A stretch of DNA of 64,000 nt. It comes from Eledone cirrhosa. Lineage: Eukaryota. The stretch covers positions 261,950,001 through 262,014,000 of the forward strand of contig OZ024740.1 of NCBI GenBank assembly GCA_964016885.1, given 5' to 3'. The notes below the pieces were generated by a model, which ran no database searches, was not told the DNA's origin, and saw nothing but the letters and a program-made list of their open reading frames with translations. Shown here one piece after another: positions 23,505 to 36,327 of this stretch (its first letter is position 1; the number at the start of each line of letters is the position of its first letter). Both the position numbers and the translations under genes were made by a program.

Positions 23505-26500
23505 ATGGCCGTATTAAGAGTAGGAAGTTTAAATGTTCGAGGCCTGGGAACGTCCTGGAAGCAGGGTCACCTGCTCAACGACCTCGGGTTTCTAGAAAGA
23601 GATGTAATTGCCGTCAGCGAGACTAGGATTTCCGACACGCGCGCACTAGCCCCCATTTTCGACGACTATCAGATCTTTGCATCTGTTAGTCGGCCGGGAA
23701 TGGGAGGCGGGGAGGCAGTGATGTTTAGGAAAGGCCTGGATCTCAAGGTAAGGTCGATATTCCGTTGGTGGTCCTGGACGTGAACAATAACGAAGGTGGT
23801 GCCTTTAGACTGGTGGCCGTCTACGCCACGACTGGGGAAGGACGGCCGGACCTCTTTAGACTCCTCGAAGCCTTTCTGGGTACGTCTCGCCCTTTAATGT
23901 TAGCGGAGGACTGGAACGGCATCTTAGACGCACGCTGGGACTGTGTGGGAGTATCTGATAGGAGCGGGGGTGCAAAAGCCTCAGGTACCTGATCAGCCAG
24001 TTCCAACTGTCTGACAGGTACCAACTAGATTTCCCTAATGCGCCAGTGTGGACCTGGACTAACCGCATAGGGTCATATAGATCGTAAATAGAGAGGATAT
24101 TCATTAGGAAAATAGACAGAAATAGTGTAGGACCTGGAAGCTGAACATGTCGTTTCCGGCACGTAAGGCCTACAGGGACCACGTCAACTATTTAGTTAAG
24201 AAAAGGTTGACAGGGGTAGTCGTCAACAATAGATGGTGGGGAGCTCTCAAAAGAGAGATTAGAGTAATGTCGATAGAGTTTAGCAAATAAGTAGCGTTAG
24301 AGAAAAATAGAAAAGAGGTGGAGTTGGTAGATAAGTTAGACGAGGCTATTGTTAGTGGCATTGCAACTAACATGCTAGCGGGGAGAATGGCATTAGACCG
24401 TTTCTTCAATGCGAAACACGAAGGTTGCATCATCAGAGCAGAGGCGCGTGCTCTGAGAAACGAGGGAACCAAAGCTGTTCGATGGGCCCGCGTGGCAGAG
24501 GCGCAGCGTGGTAATAAAACCACGATTCCGTTTTTGACGCACCGAGATGGACGCGAAGTGAGCGATTCCGAGCCGATGTGTGAGGCCTTTCGCCAACATG
24601 TTGTTCGGTTGTTCGGGGGAAGTGGCGGTCAGAGACGGTGGCGGACTTCAGTCCCTACCTCGATGTCTTGCCGCAACTCTCGACAGCCGACGCTGAGGGC
24701 TGCGAAAGTCCGATTACTTCAGCCGAGATTCAGGATGCCCATGTCGGCTGCATGAGGCGCAAGTCATCCGGTTTGGATGGTCTGCCCTACGAGCTTTACG
24801 TAAATATGCCAGACTTGTTCTCCAATCTCCTCAAAGCGCTCTACTGCAACTGGCAGCAGAATGGGAGTATTCCCAGTTCTGTGAGCCGGGGCGTAGTGAC
24901 GCTGATAAGGAAAGACGAGAACAAGAGGGACAAATTAGACAATTTCAGGCCTATAACTCTGCTCAACACAGCTTAAGACTTTGGCCAGGGTGTTAGCGAA
25001 GAGGTTGGCACTTGTCGTCGGGGATTTGGTTGGGCAGGCGCAAACTTGCGCAATCCCAACCAGGTCCATACACGACAACCTCCACCTGATGCGATACATC
25101 ATAGAGATGGTAGGGTGTAAACCTGGCTTCGGTGGGGCTCTGATCCATTTAGATCAATCGAAAGCATTCGATAGGGTCGACCATCGGTACCTGGAGGATG
25201 TCTTCAAGGCGGCTGGCTTCGGTCCCGTCTTGAGAAGCTGGATCGCTGCAATGCACAGCATCACCTGCTCGCTGGTCAAAATTAATGGCCACCTCTCGGA
25301 ACCGTTTTAGGTCTCCTGATCGGTCCGTCAAGGGTGTCCTCTGTACGTATTGATCGGTCCGTCAAGGGTGCCCTCTGTACGTATTGACTCTCGAGCCTTT
25401 ACTGCGGAAGCTGGAACTATTGCAGGGCATCCCGCTAAGCCGGGACGCAGAAAGGCTGTGTCGGCTTATGTGTCGGCTTATCACGGTGATGGTGTCGGAC
25501 ACCTCAGAAATCGAGGTGGTCGGCAACTTATTGGGGGAATATGAAAGATTGACTGGAGCAAAACTTAACCCGGAAAAGTAGGTGGGCTTACAACTCGGCA
25601 CCTTGGGAGGCAAGTCCATGCCGTCCAACAGCGTCGATAGGTACTGCTCGGACGGACCGGTAAAGTTGGTCGGGGTTTGGTTCGGGCCAGACCTCCAGGT
25701 GGATAAAAATTGGTACGAGGTGACGGACAGGGTAGCCTGTCTCACCCAGAAATAGGTTGCGTAAAAGCTATCACTGAAAGGTCGGGCGGAGGTGGCGAAC
25801 GCGTACATCGCCTCTGTCGTCTACTACCGTCTGACCGTCGTCCCTTACCCCAGTCCGCGCCTCGCCATCTTGGGGCGGCTCCTCTTCAAATTCTTGTGGA
25901 GGGATCAGGTTCCGTTGGTAAGGTGGTCCGTCTGCTGCCAGTATCCTCTACGTGGAGGGCTGGCCATGCCGTGGATAATGATGTTCAGACATGCGCCGAG
26001 GCTGCGGCATCTCCAGATATTCTGCCTAAACGGTGAACAGGTGTGGTCGCCGTTTGTCAGACGGCCCTTTCCGCAGCTCGTCTCTTTGACTGAGCTGCAG
26101 TACTGGGTCAAAAAGAGACCGAGACTGGAATGTTGCCAGGCACTCACTGCCCTCTACCAGGCGGACAATGCGGTTAGTGGAAATTCCACTCTCGAGTTCT
26201 ATAGAGGATTAATGGTCGGCAAAAGCCACGACGGACTCGGAGAGGCTATGGTAGTCGACGAAGTCGAACTGCCCCGTCTGTTCCGGAGACTTTCGAGCCG
26301 GGGACGATGGATAATTTCCAAAAATCACTCGCTTGGCAGTGCTACCAGGGGGCACTGCCGGTTTGAGATAAACTCTACAGGCACGAAAGTGCTGTCAGAC
26401 GGACCTGCCCGAGATGCGCGCAGAGCGACGAAACCGTTCTGCACGCACTTGTCCAGTGTCCGTGCATTACTGACCTGTTGAGTTATGTTGAACAGCTGCT

Positions 26501-26821
26501 GTCGCGTGTAGAACGGATCCAGCTATCGGCCGAGACCATAGTGAAGATCGACCCGCCGCCTTCTTTTGGCCAGGAAGGGCAGGCAATTTTCATCTGTCTT
26601 GTGGCAGTTGCGAAAGAGGTTGTATGGTGGACCAGGTTGAAAGGACTGAAGACAGACACTTCTCTCTTCGGCCAATCCCTCATCAACTTTTTCAAGTTTC
26701 ACTTGGAAAGGAAGGTGAGGGTGGAGAGAGAAGTGCTGCCCCCAGTACATTTGCTGAAAGGTGGATGAATGTAGCGAGTATGGCCTGTGTGAGTGGGCCT
26801 ACTCTGGTCATGCGCCTGTAG
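23505..26821 (+). pseudogene. Tx1 ORF2, many stops and frameshifts
   Basis: MAVLRVGSLNVRGL start; RT fragments 24638-25310; C-terminal fragments 25792-26821. Confidence 0.85.
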
Positions 26822-27070
26822 GTGGGTAAATTTGAGGAGGAAAGGGGTGCCCTTCCAGGGTGTCTGGTCGGTCAGGATTGGTAGGGTACCTGGGCGAACC
26901 CTGGGTGGTTATCTCTCCTATTGGGTAATTTTCCTTGTTGTATTTTTCTTGTTACTTTGTTATTGATATTCATATTGTTTAATCGATTTTTCTGTAAAAC
27001 CCCAAAGTCCCTGTCTTTGTATTGTCATCTACATGTCGGCCCTTGTGGCCAATAAATTAAATCATTATTA

Positions 27071-27255
27071 GGTGGAGTGGCAGTATCGGTAGAGAGTCGG
27101 ACACCATGCTTTGAAGCATAGAGTTACGTCCCTTTATGATCTGAGTTCAATTCCCGCCGTGGTTAACTTTGCCTTTCATCCTTACGGGGTCGATAAAATA
27201 AAGTACCAGTAATGCACTGGGTATTTGCTGGCCTTGTGCCAAAAAGTAGAAACAA
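27071..27255 (+). mobile_element. SINE family A
   Basis: Full copy directly after the Tx1 copy 2 tail; ends in (ATT)n. Confidence 0.9.
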
Positions 27256-27277
27256 TTATTATTATTATTATTATTAT

Positions 27278-29830
27278 GACTGTCGAAGGTAGGCGCCCTC
27301 GGTCTCACGGGTCCGGGGACAAAACACACCTTAAGCCTTTCTGCCTCAAACTCACCAAGGCGGGCACGTGTCCCCTTCTCCATACGCCGCGCCCTGCGAC
27401 AGCAGTTGCCAAACCACCCGAGACCGCAGTGGTAGAAAAACTATTGTCACCAGCGACATCAACGATATAAACACCATCTCCTCCACCACCAACAGCGCCA
27501 AGAAGACTAATGGAGAGCATGCCCCATTCTGATATCGCTAAATCGAACAGGGAGTGTGTTGGCGCTGAAGAGTGGAAAAAGAGAAGTCCCTACCTTCACC
27601 CTTCAAAAAGAAAAAGGAGGAAAAAAACAAAAAAAATGAAAAATCAACGACCCCACTGCCATCACCATCAATATTCACACATCTACAACCACCTGTACCA
27701 TCAACACCACCACTGCCACCACCACAACGGCTATCATTATCATCTACCCCATCGTCACCTCCAGCAACACCTCAGCAAACAAAGAAAGCACCAACATCCC
27801 GAAAGCAGACACAATACACAGCTATAGACAGACAAATTTAAATTACATTCAACACCACACCAACATCACAGAAACAAACTACATAAAAACCACCAAAGCT
27901 GCACCTCTCACGCACAAAAATAATTGAAATCTCTCAAAAGAATTACGCAACATTAAAGAAAAAGTTCCCCGTGGCAATTGGAGACCATCGAGGGACCCTC
28001 TCGAAAAGAATATACTCTGACATTCTCTTGGAGAAATCCACCACTGGTCGGAGGGATGGATCACCTACCCGCTTCCCAAAAAAGAGCTACAGGTTAAGTT
28101 TGTTTACTTTTCCCCTCTCACTTGTTTTCTTACTATCTTAGACAACATGGCTTCTCTCAGGATAGGCAGTATAAATACACGTGTCCTGGGGTCGTCTTCG
28201 AAGCAGGGTCATCTGCTCAACAATCTCAGGTCACTAAACAGATGTGGCGGCCATCAGCGAGACCAGAATCTCCGAGAAACGGGCATTCGCACCAATTTTC
28301 GGCAGCTACAAGGTGTACACATCACCAAGCCGTCCCAGATCTGGGGGAGGAATGTGTTGTTTCGGAGAAATCTGGATCTCGAGATATGGGCGGTCTTCTT
28401 GGACCCAGAAGGTAGAGTTGGACGTGACCAGCGGAGAAAGGCAAGCTTTCAGGCTAGTCACCGTCTATGACCCGGCAGGGACAGGACGACCTGACTTCTT
28501 CCGGTGACTGGATATCTTTCTTGGAAGGCCCCACTCTTTAGTGTTAGTGGGCGACTGAAACGGGATCTTGGATGTACGTTGGGACTATGTGGGATTACCG
28601 GATAGGGAAGAAGGGTGTAAAGCCTCGCAAACCTGCTCAGATGTTTTCAACTATCTGACAGTTACCGTCTGGATTTCCTGAATATGCCAATGTGGACAGG
28701 GAAAAACCGCATCGGGTCATCCAGATCGTATCTAGATAGGGTAATTTATAGGCAAATAGATAGGTCTAGCATAGGCTTTCCACAATTCAAGATAGTCGAC
28801 TACATGGACCATAAATTCGTGATCTGTGTGGTCGACTTAGATAGGCTTCATATGCAGGAACCCCGCTACTGGAAGCTGAACGTGTCGATGACAGCGCGCA
28901 AAGATTACAGAGACCGGATTAGCGAACTAGTTAAGCGGGCGTTGACGGGAGGCAGTCGTCAACAACAAATGGTGGTTCTGCCGAAAAAGGGCGATTAGAA
29001 TAGAGTCCATTAGGATTAGTAACGCGTTAGCAATAGAGAAAAATAGAGCAGAGGGAGAACTAGTTAGAAAATTAGACGAGTCTTTTCGGAGGCAGCGGCG
29101 GGCCGGATCACGGGTTGGACTTTAGTGCCTACCATGACGGACTGGCCTGGCTCTCGGCCACTGAAGCGCAGTGTTGCAAAAAGCTGATTCAGCTGTTGAA
29201 GTACGGGAGGAAATTACTGACTGCACGATGGGTAAATCGCCTGGTTTGTATGGTCTGCCCTACGAGTTTACGTACACATGCCAGACTTATCGGCGACCTA
29301 TTGGCGGATGTCTACTGCAACTAGCAGCAAAACGACAGAATTCGCATCATTGTAAAGTGATGAGCCGTGGCGCTGCTAAGAAAGGACCCGAGCAAGGGAG
29401 GTAATGTATATCATTTCAGGCCCATTATTCTGCTAAACGCAGAGTTCAAGATTTTGGCCCTGGTGCTAGCAAAGAAGTTGGCGCGCTTGTCGTCGGGGTC
29501 TGGTGGGAGAGGAGCAGTAATGCGCTATTTCAGGCAGATCCACCCACGACAACCTCCACCTCATGCGATACATCGTGGAGAATGTAACTAGGGAACCTGG
29601 CACGGGTGGGTCCTTGATCAATTTAGATTAGTCGAAGGTTCTCGATAGGGTTGACCATCGTTATCAGGCGGCGGTCCTGAGGGCAGCCGGCTTTGGGCCC
29701 GCCTTCAGTGCTGGATAGCGGCCATACACAGCAACATCTGCTCTGTGGTGAGAGTGAACGGTCACCTTTCGGAACTGTTCAACATCATGTACTCGGTCCG
29801 CCAAGGGTGTCCTCTCTCGTCTCTGTTGCG
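27278..29830 (+). mobile_element. Diverged Tx1-like element (second family), partial
   Basis: ORF2 start MASLRIGSINTRVLG at 28147; APE and RT fragments (SRSYLDR, DHKFV, FRPIILLN, RQGCPLS). Confidence 0.82.
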
Positions 29831-29831
29831 T

Positions 29832-30090
29832 TAATGGTACTTTATTTTATCGACCTCGTGAGGATGGAAGGCAAAGCTAACATCGGCGGAATTTGAACTT
29901 ATAGCAACTAATTAATAATATTTGTTTCTAATTTTGGCGCAATGCCAGCAATTTGAAGGTGAAGTCGATAAAATTCACCCCTGTGCGTTATTGGTACTTT
30001 ATTTTATCAACCCAGTACTGATGAAAGGCAAAGCTAATCTCGGTGAGATTTGAACTCAGAATGTAAAGGGCAGAAACAAATTCTGCCAAA
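29832..30090 (-). mobile_element. Two degenerate SINE family A fragments
   Basis: ggtactttattttatc...gaaggcaaagctaa...atttgaact occurs twice. Confidence 0.7.
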
Positions 30091-31646
30091 GAGTGAGTTG
30101 AAGGCAGCTGCCAACAGGTCAATAACATACGTTGATTAATGTTAAATGGTTGAAAGTTGGTGGAGGTTGTCTTCATTCGAGAAACTCCTGTCTGCAACAG
30201 CTAACATGCAATTGTTTGTGTTCAAATAACTAACGCAACTGGCTGAGACCTGAATCACGTCTTTTTCCATAGCAGGCACGCTCAAATTATTCGTTGAATC
30301 AAAGAGGAAGTAACAGGCAACCGTTTAGAACACTTATGCTTTTCTCATATACGTCTAACATATATTACTATCAAGCCTAAACTTTGGGCATATCCTTAAA
30401 TTTGACAAATAGCAGTGCGATGAGAAATCTTTTATAGAAAAAATAATTTAAAACATGGCAATATATTAAAGTGTAAAAAGAGAAGATAACCGGGCCATTA
30501 ATCTGATTATATTTGTTCTGCAATTGACAGGAGATTCAAATCTTCGAGATGGGTTCATGCGAAAGTGATAACTACCGGAAACGTAGGAAATCTGTCAGCA
30601 CAGTAAGGAGATTCAGGAGGAATCTTTGAGTAAAGTTAAAAGAAATCAAATAGCCAACTTGAACCACTCGAGATTCGAGAGACAGACAAACAATGATAAG
30701 AAGTTTATCTAATGGCGACGGAAAGCTAATAAAATAGTTATAATGGAACACAAAGTAAAAGCAAAAAAATTCACGAGGGAAATAATTCATTTTATTTAAG
30801 GAGGGAGGTGATATATAGTAACTATACAGGTTTACTATATCCTAATAAGAAAATTACCAAATGTGTTATCCTTTTACGCTGGTTTGTGACTCAAATAAGA
30901 TAAAATTGACTGGATCACAACCAGTAGAAAATGGCCACACAGGAATCATATCTATTAAAATAATAAAAGAGAGTGTTTACAACAAAAGCTCCTGTAAATG
31001 GCCTCTAAATAAATGTTCATTCTTAGTGTTTTGAACAGAATCAATAATTCTTAAATTATAAAACTAATCTAATAATGAACATAACTATTACAAAGTTTTA
31101 CAACTTAAAATGTATCTATTCACTATGGCTCAGAGCAAAAATCAATATATATTCTATTTAGTTATCTCTCTAAAAAGGGCTTTTTACTTACCATTGCTAA
31201 GGCAACTAGCATATGTTTCCACGGAATATTGTACAAAGAAAACGAACTCAATAGTAACGCTAAATATAGTGGAAAACATCCAATGCTAGAAGCTCAGACA
31301 TGTCGTGCCTCGAATATTACTTTACAATATATAGAAAAGAAAATCAAAATAGCCTCACACACTAGCTGGTCGATGATGTCTATTACCATTATTCGCACCA
31401 TCAGTAATCTTCTTCTTATCATTAATGTTGTTTTCGTCGTTGATATTGTGTTGTTGTATGTTGATTTTTTCCGTTTTTAATTGGTAAGTGGTTTCGTTTA
31501 TTTTCAAATCAGTATACTTGTTTTCAGAGATAATGGAAAACTGGTAATGGAATAGTGTTAATAAGTTGATAGATTTTTTTTAACAAATTAGAATATATTG
31601 ACAATGGGAGTGAGAGGGTGAGAGAGAGAAAGAGAGAGAAAAATTG

Positions 31647-31916
31647 TGTATACATACATACATATATATATAAGTATATATATATAAGTATATATATATA
31701 CATATATATATGCATATATATATGTATATATATACATATATATATATATAAGTATATATGTATACATATATATTTGCATATATATATGTATATATATATA
31801 TATATATGTATATATACTTATATATATGTATACATACATATATACATATATACATACATGTGTATATACATATATATGCATGTACACACACACATATATA
31901 GATATAGATATAATTG

Positions 31917-31992
<76 letters not shown>

Positions 31993-32062
31993 CATTTACT
32001 TATATACATACACGCATACATATATACGTACACACACGCACACATATATATTTATATATATA
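31647..32062. repeat. Degenerate (TA)n/(TACA)n tract
   Basis: Direct reading. Confidence 0.95.
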
Positions 32063-32426
32063 TTTAGATCTATTTATGAGTTTCCTTGCTCGCCTTTTCT
32101 TTGTCTATTATTATAATTATTATAAATTCATACACATACCTACCTGGCGCCTCACCCGCTCACATCCATCACCCACATGCATCTCAAAAAGCACTCTCAC
32201 ACGCAGCCCCTCCTTAACGCACCCCACACGCAGCCATTACAATGTATAATATGTACATTAAATGCTTGCCTGAAATAACAAGGGTGAGGAGAAATATCAA
32301 CCTAAACAACTAAGAAACACATAATATCCAACTCAGGTAAATCAGTTCGACAGTTAAAATCAGTTCGATAGGCAAAAAAGCCGTCGTATATATAGTCGTG
32401 TATCAATATATATATATATATATAAA

Positions 32427-32607
32427 GGGCGGTGGATTGGCAGTATCGGTGGAGGGTCGGACGCCATGCTTTCCAGCATAGTTACGTCCCTTTACGATCT
32501 GAGTTCAAATCCCGCGGAGGTTGACTTTGCCTTTCATCCTTACGGGGTCGATAAAATAAAGTACCAGTAATGCACTGGGTAATTGCTGGCCTTGTGCCTA
32601 AAGTAGA

Positions 32608-32612
<5 letters not shown>
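32427..32612 (+). mobile_element. SINE family A, full length, in (TA)n
   Basis: ggcggtggattggcagtatcgg ... gagttcaaatcc ... gcctaaagtagaaacaa. Confidence 0.92.
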
Positions 32613-32675
<63 letters not shown>

Positions 32676-32827
32676 ATCGGAGGAAGCTAATAGCGATGCT
32701 CCGGACAAATCCCAACTCACTCAACAAACATTAGGAAATACCTGAGTATATTCCTAATTAAACGTTCGGGGTGCTAGCTAATTGTATTGTGTGGAAAATT
32801 GGCTGTATTATTTCTTGTGAGATATAT

Positions 32828-32898
<71 letters not shown>

Positions 32899-32901
<3 letters not shown>

Positions 32902-33013
32902 AAAAGAGTCAGGACCCCGACGTCTCAGTTCCGGCCGTTTCGACAGCTAGAAACGTTCGGATTTAGCTATCGAAACGGACGGAGCTCAGCCGGCGGGTTC
33001 CTGACTCTTTTCT
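32899..33013. repeat. Imperfect palindrome (~50-bp arms) next to (TA)n
   Basis: aggaaaagagtcagga...tcctgactcttttctt; the right arm resembles 37415-37460. Confidence 0.75.
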
Positions 33014-33159
33014 TATTACCCATTCTACGACTCTAAATATCGAGTACTCTGGTGCGTTATGGTCCACCTGGTCCCTTACCACACTTGCTTTGTTATATAT
33101 ATATATATAGTTATATGTATGTGTATATATATATATATATATACACACATACATATAAC

Positions 33160-33193
<34 letters not shown>

Positions 33194-33202
33194 TATATAT
33201 AT

Positions 33203-34270
33203 AAACAAAAATATTGGTTGATAGACACGAGGCTGTGTGGTTACTGATAACAAGTATTAGAAAGTAAGGCGACGACACAAACAAGAGATGGACAATTGCC
33301 CTTCATCAGTTGTCTACTACGGGTCACAGATGTTTCAGCGCATTATAGACAATACATCTATCCGTCGCGTGCCATTATCATTTTATCTATCAAAAAGCCA
33401 CGAGAGAAAGAAATGATAGCGAAGAGAGAGAAAAAAAAAGGTAAAAAGAGAAAAAAAAACATACCTATAGAGGGGGGGGGGGATACCGTACAATGGCATA
33501 TGTAAGTAAGTAACCGAGAAGAAATAATACCAAGCTTTAAAACGTGGCCATATTAAAAGCGGAGCGAGGTAAATACGTCTATTCTCAGTGAAAGCAAGCG
33601 CAGAGAGAGAGAAAGAGAGATAGAGATGGAGGTACCGGAAGCGAGAGGAGGTAGAAGGCAGAGAGGGTGAGTAAGAGGGATATAGAAAGAGAGGGAAGGG
33701 GAGGGAAAGGAAGTTAATCCAAAAGGGTGACACGACGCAAGTCTAACCAGGACTAATAAACAAGCGAAATCGGTAGAGAGAAAGGGAGAGGGAGAGGGAG
33801 AGAGAGAGAGAAATGGAAGGAGTTGATCCAAAAGTGTGATAAAATATAAGTCCGACCAAGAACAACAAACCAAGCGAGATAGGTAGAGAGGATGGAATGG
33901 CGGTCACAGCAATAAATACAAAAATATGGATTGAGAGAGACGAGGCTGTGTGGTTACTGATAACAAGTGTTAGAAAGGCGACACAAATAAGAGATGAACA
34001 ATTTCCCTTCATCAGTTGCCTACTACGGATCACATATGTTTCAGCGCATTATAGACAATAATCTATCCGTAGCGCCCCCTTAGCATTTTACATATCAAAA
34101 AGCCATGAGGGAAAGAAGCGATGATAGCGAAGAGAGAGAGAAAGAAAAGAAAAAAGAAAAGAAAGAAGAGAAAAAAGGGAAAAAAAAGAAAACATCCCGA
34201 TAGAAGGGGGAAACACAGGATAATGGCACATGTAAGTAAGTAACCGAGAAGAATTTAACTTGGTCTTAGA
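33203..34270 (-). mobile_element. Direct-repeat element: two ~350-bp repeats around a purine-rich spacer
   Basis: 33203-33545 is similar to 33912-34265; degenerate CTGATGA and GAAAC motifs on the minus strand; flanked by TA/CA tracts. Confidence 0.65.
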
Positions 34271-34274
34271 TTGA

Positions 34275-34508
<234 letters not shown>

Positions 34509-34610
34509 TTGAAGTTTCCGTTGAAAATTGAAAAAGTCATAGGAGTGAAGAGAGCTCTATGTAAGTTACAGAGCTAAATTTAATGTATAATAAACAATAC
34601 AATATAATTA

Positions 34611-34678
34611 CCTCATTACCAGAGGTTTCCCGAATAAGACGAATACAAGAAACGTCCGCATTCGTTCATCAGACAAGG
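34611..34678 (-). ncRNA. Type I hammerhead ribozyme (predicted)
   Basis: Minus strand: ccuugu-CUGAUGA-acgaau..auucgg-GAAA-cc ucu g-GUA-augagg; stems I, II and III all pair. Confidence 0.7.
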
Positions 34679-35294
34679 CAATTTAAAACAGTGAAATATT
34701 TGAAAAATCTCAAGAAAGGCAAAAGTTTAACGGGAAAAAAAAAAAAAAAGTAATAATACAAGAGATGTATAAAAATAAAATAAAGAAATATAGTAAGGGG
34801 ATGTGTATAAATGTGTGTATATGCACCTACAAATGTACATATGTGTGTATGTACAAATGCATGAGTATAATGAAAAAATGTGTGGTTAAGTAAATACATG
34901 AGGGCAAACATATTAGTGTATGTGTGACCACAAATACGTATATAATATATGTTGAAAAAGGAATTGTAAGATAATAGAGTTAGCATATATACAGACTCAG
35001 GGACTAAGAATTGAAATATATACACATACAAGGATGAAAGGACGCATGCGTATAAACATACACACTAGCGCAACCACATACATGTATGTGATATATACAG
35101 GGAAGGGAGTGTATCGACATACAGATATAAAAGTATAAAATATGAAAAATTAATGAAATAATATAGAAGATAAGAATAAAAATTAAGGCAAAGAGAAAGT
35201 AAGAGGGAGGGGTTATCAATTATAAAGTAACACTAGAAAACATAATAAATAAAAAGTAGAAAACATGCAGATATGCGAACAAGCTCGTACGCAT

Positions 35295-35333
<39 letters not shown>

Positions 35334-35473
35334 AATATATATATACATACAGACAAAAACACATGCACAAAAGGATACATACATATACATGCGTACATAC
35401 ATACAAAAACACGCATACATACACACGGTACACATATATATACATACATGTACATCTAATCACACGCACGCGA

Positions 35474-35564
<91 letters not shown>

Positions 35565-35895
35565 GATAAGTCTACCAAAGTATACGGTAGTGTCCAATCC
35601 GTATGAAGAACTCAATGTAATCCAAATATAGAAGATATCATGAAAAGAGAAAATGCATTCAAAAATTTACGATAAAAATCATAGGAAAACAGAGTCAAGA
35701 TAAATTAATAAAAACAATGAAATAAACACAAAGAACAAGTTCTTTATATTAAAAATTCATCATTTTACGGTCGTTTCTGGGATGTATATGTACGTTGGTA
35801 TGTATATCATATAGATCTATGTAAAATTATTACAAATTATCAGAGGAAATATACATACCTTCACATATACATGCCGTCCTCCAGAGGATGTGAAG

Positions 35896-36242
35896 TAAAA
35901 ATAAAAAAAAAAATAAAAAAAAAAAAATAAAAAAATAAAAATAAAAAAAAATAAAAAAAAAAATAAAAAAAAAAAATAAAAAAAAAATAGATAAAAAAAA
36001 ATAAAAAAAATAATAATAATAATAAAAATAAAATAATAATAAAAAATAAAATAAAAAAAAAATAAATAAAAAAATAAATAAAAATAAAAATAAAATAAAA
36101 AAAATAAAAATAAAAATAAAAATAAAAATAAAAATAAAAATAAAAATAAAAATTAAAATTAAAATAAAAATAAAAATAATAAAAATAATAAAAATAAAAA
36201 ATAAAAATAAAAATAAAAATAAAAATAAAAATAAAAATAAAT
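35896..36242. repeat. A-rich (AAAAAT)n-like simple repeat
   Basis: Direct reading. Confidence 0.9.
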
Positions 36243-36327
36243 CTGAAAGAGAAGTCTGTAAAGAAGGTAAGTTAAGGAAAGTGAAGAACAAGAGTTTATG
36301 GAGGATAAGTGTCTTTGTAAGCAGGGG

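Larger units (their letters stand above)
21260..27070 (+). mobile_element. Full-length degenerate L1/Tx1-clade element (copy 2)
   Basis: ORF1 from 21493 with CFLCGKKTHFRAFC (CX2CX4HX4C); ORF2 23505-26821 in APE/RT fragments; AATAAA near 27051 then cattatta. Confidence 0.92.

Noticed and set aside
30100-31600. Unique AT-rich stretch with short ORFs
   Set aside because: No recognisable motifs, repeats or convincing exon signals.
32427-32520. tRNA-like A and B boxes
   Set aside because: These are SINE heads; there is no cloverleaf and the sequence continues into a repeated core and tail.
35830-36291. 153-aa Phe/Ile-rich 'membrane protein' ORF
   Set aside because: Translation of an A-rich simple repeat.
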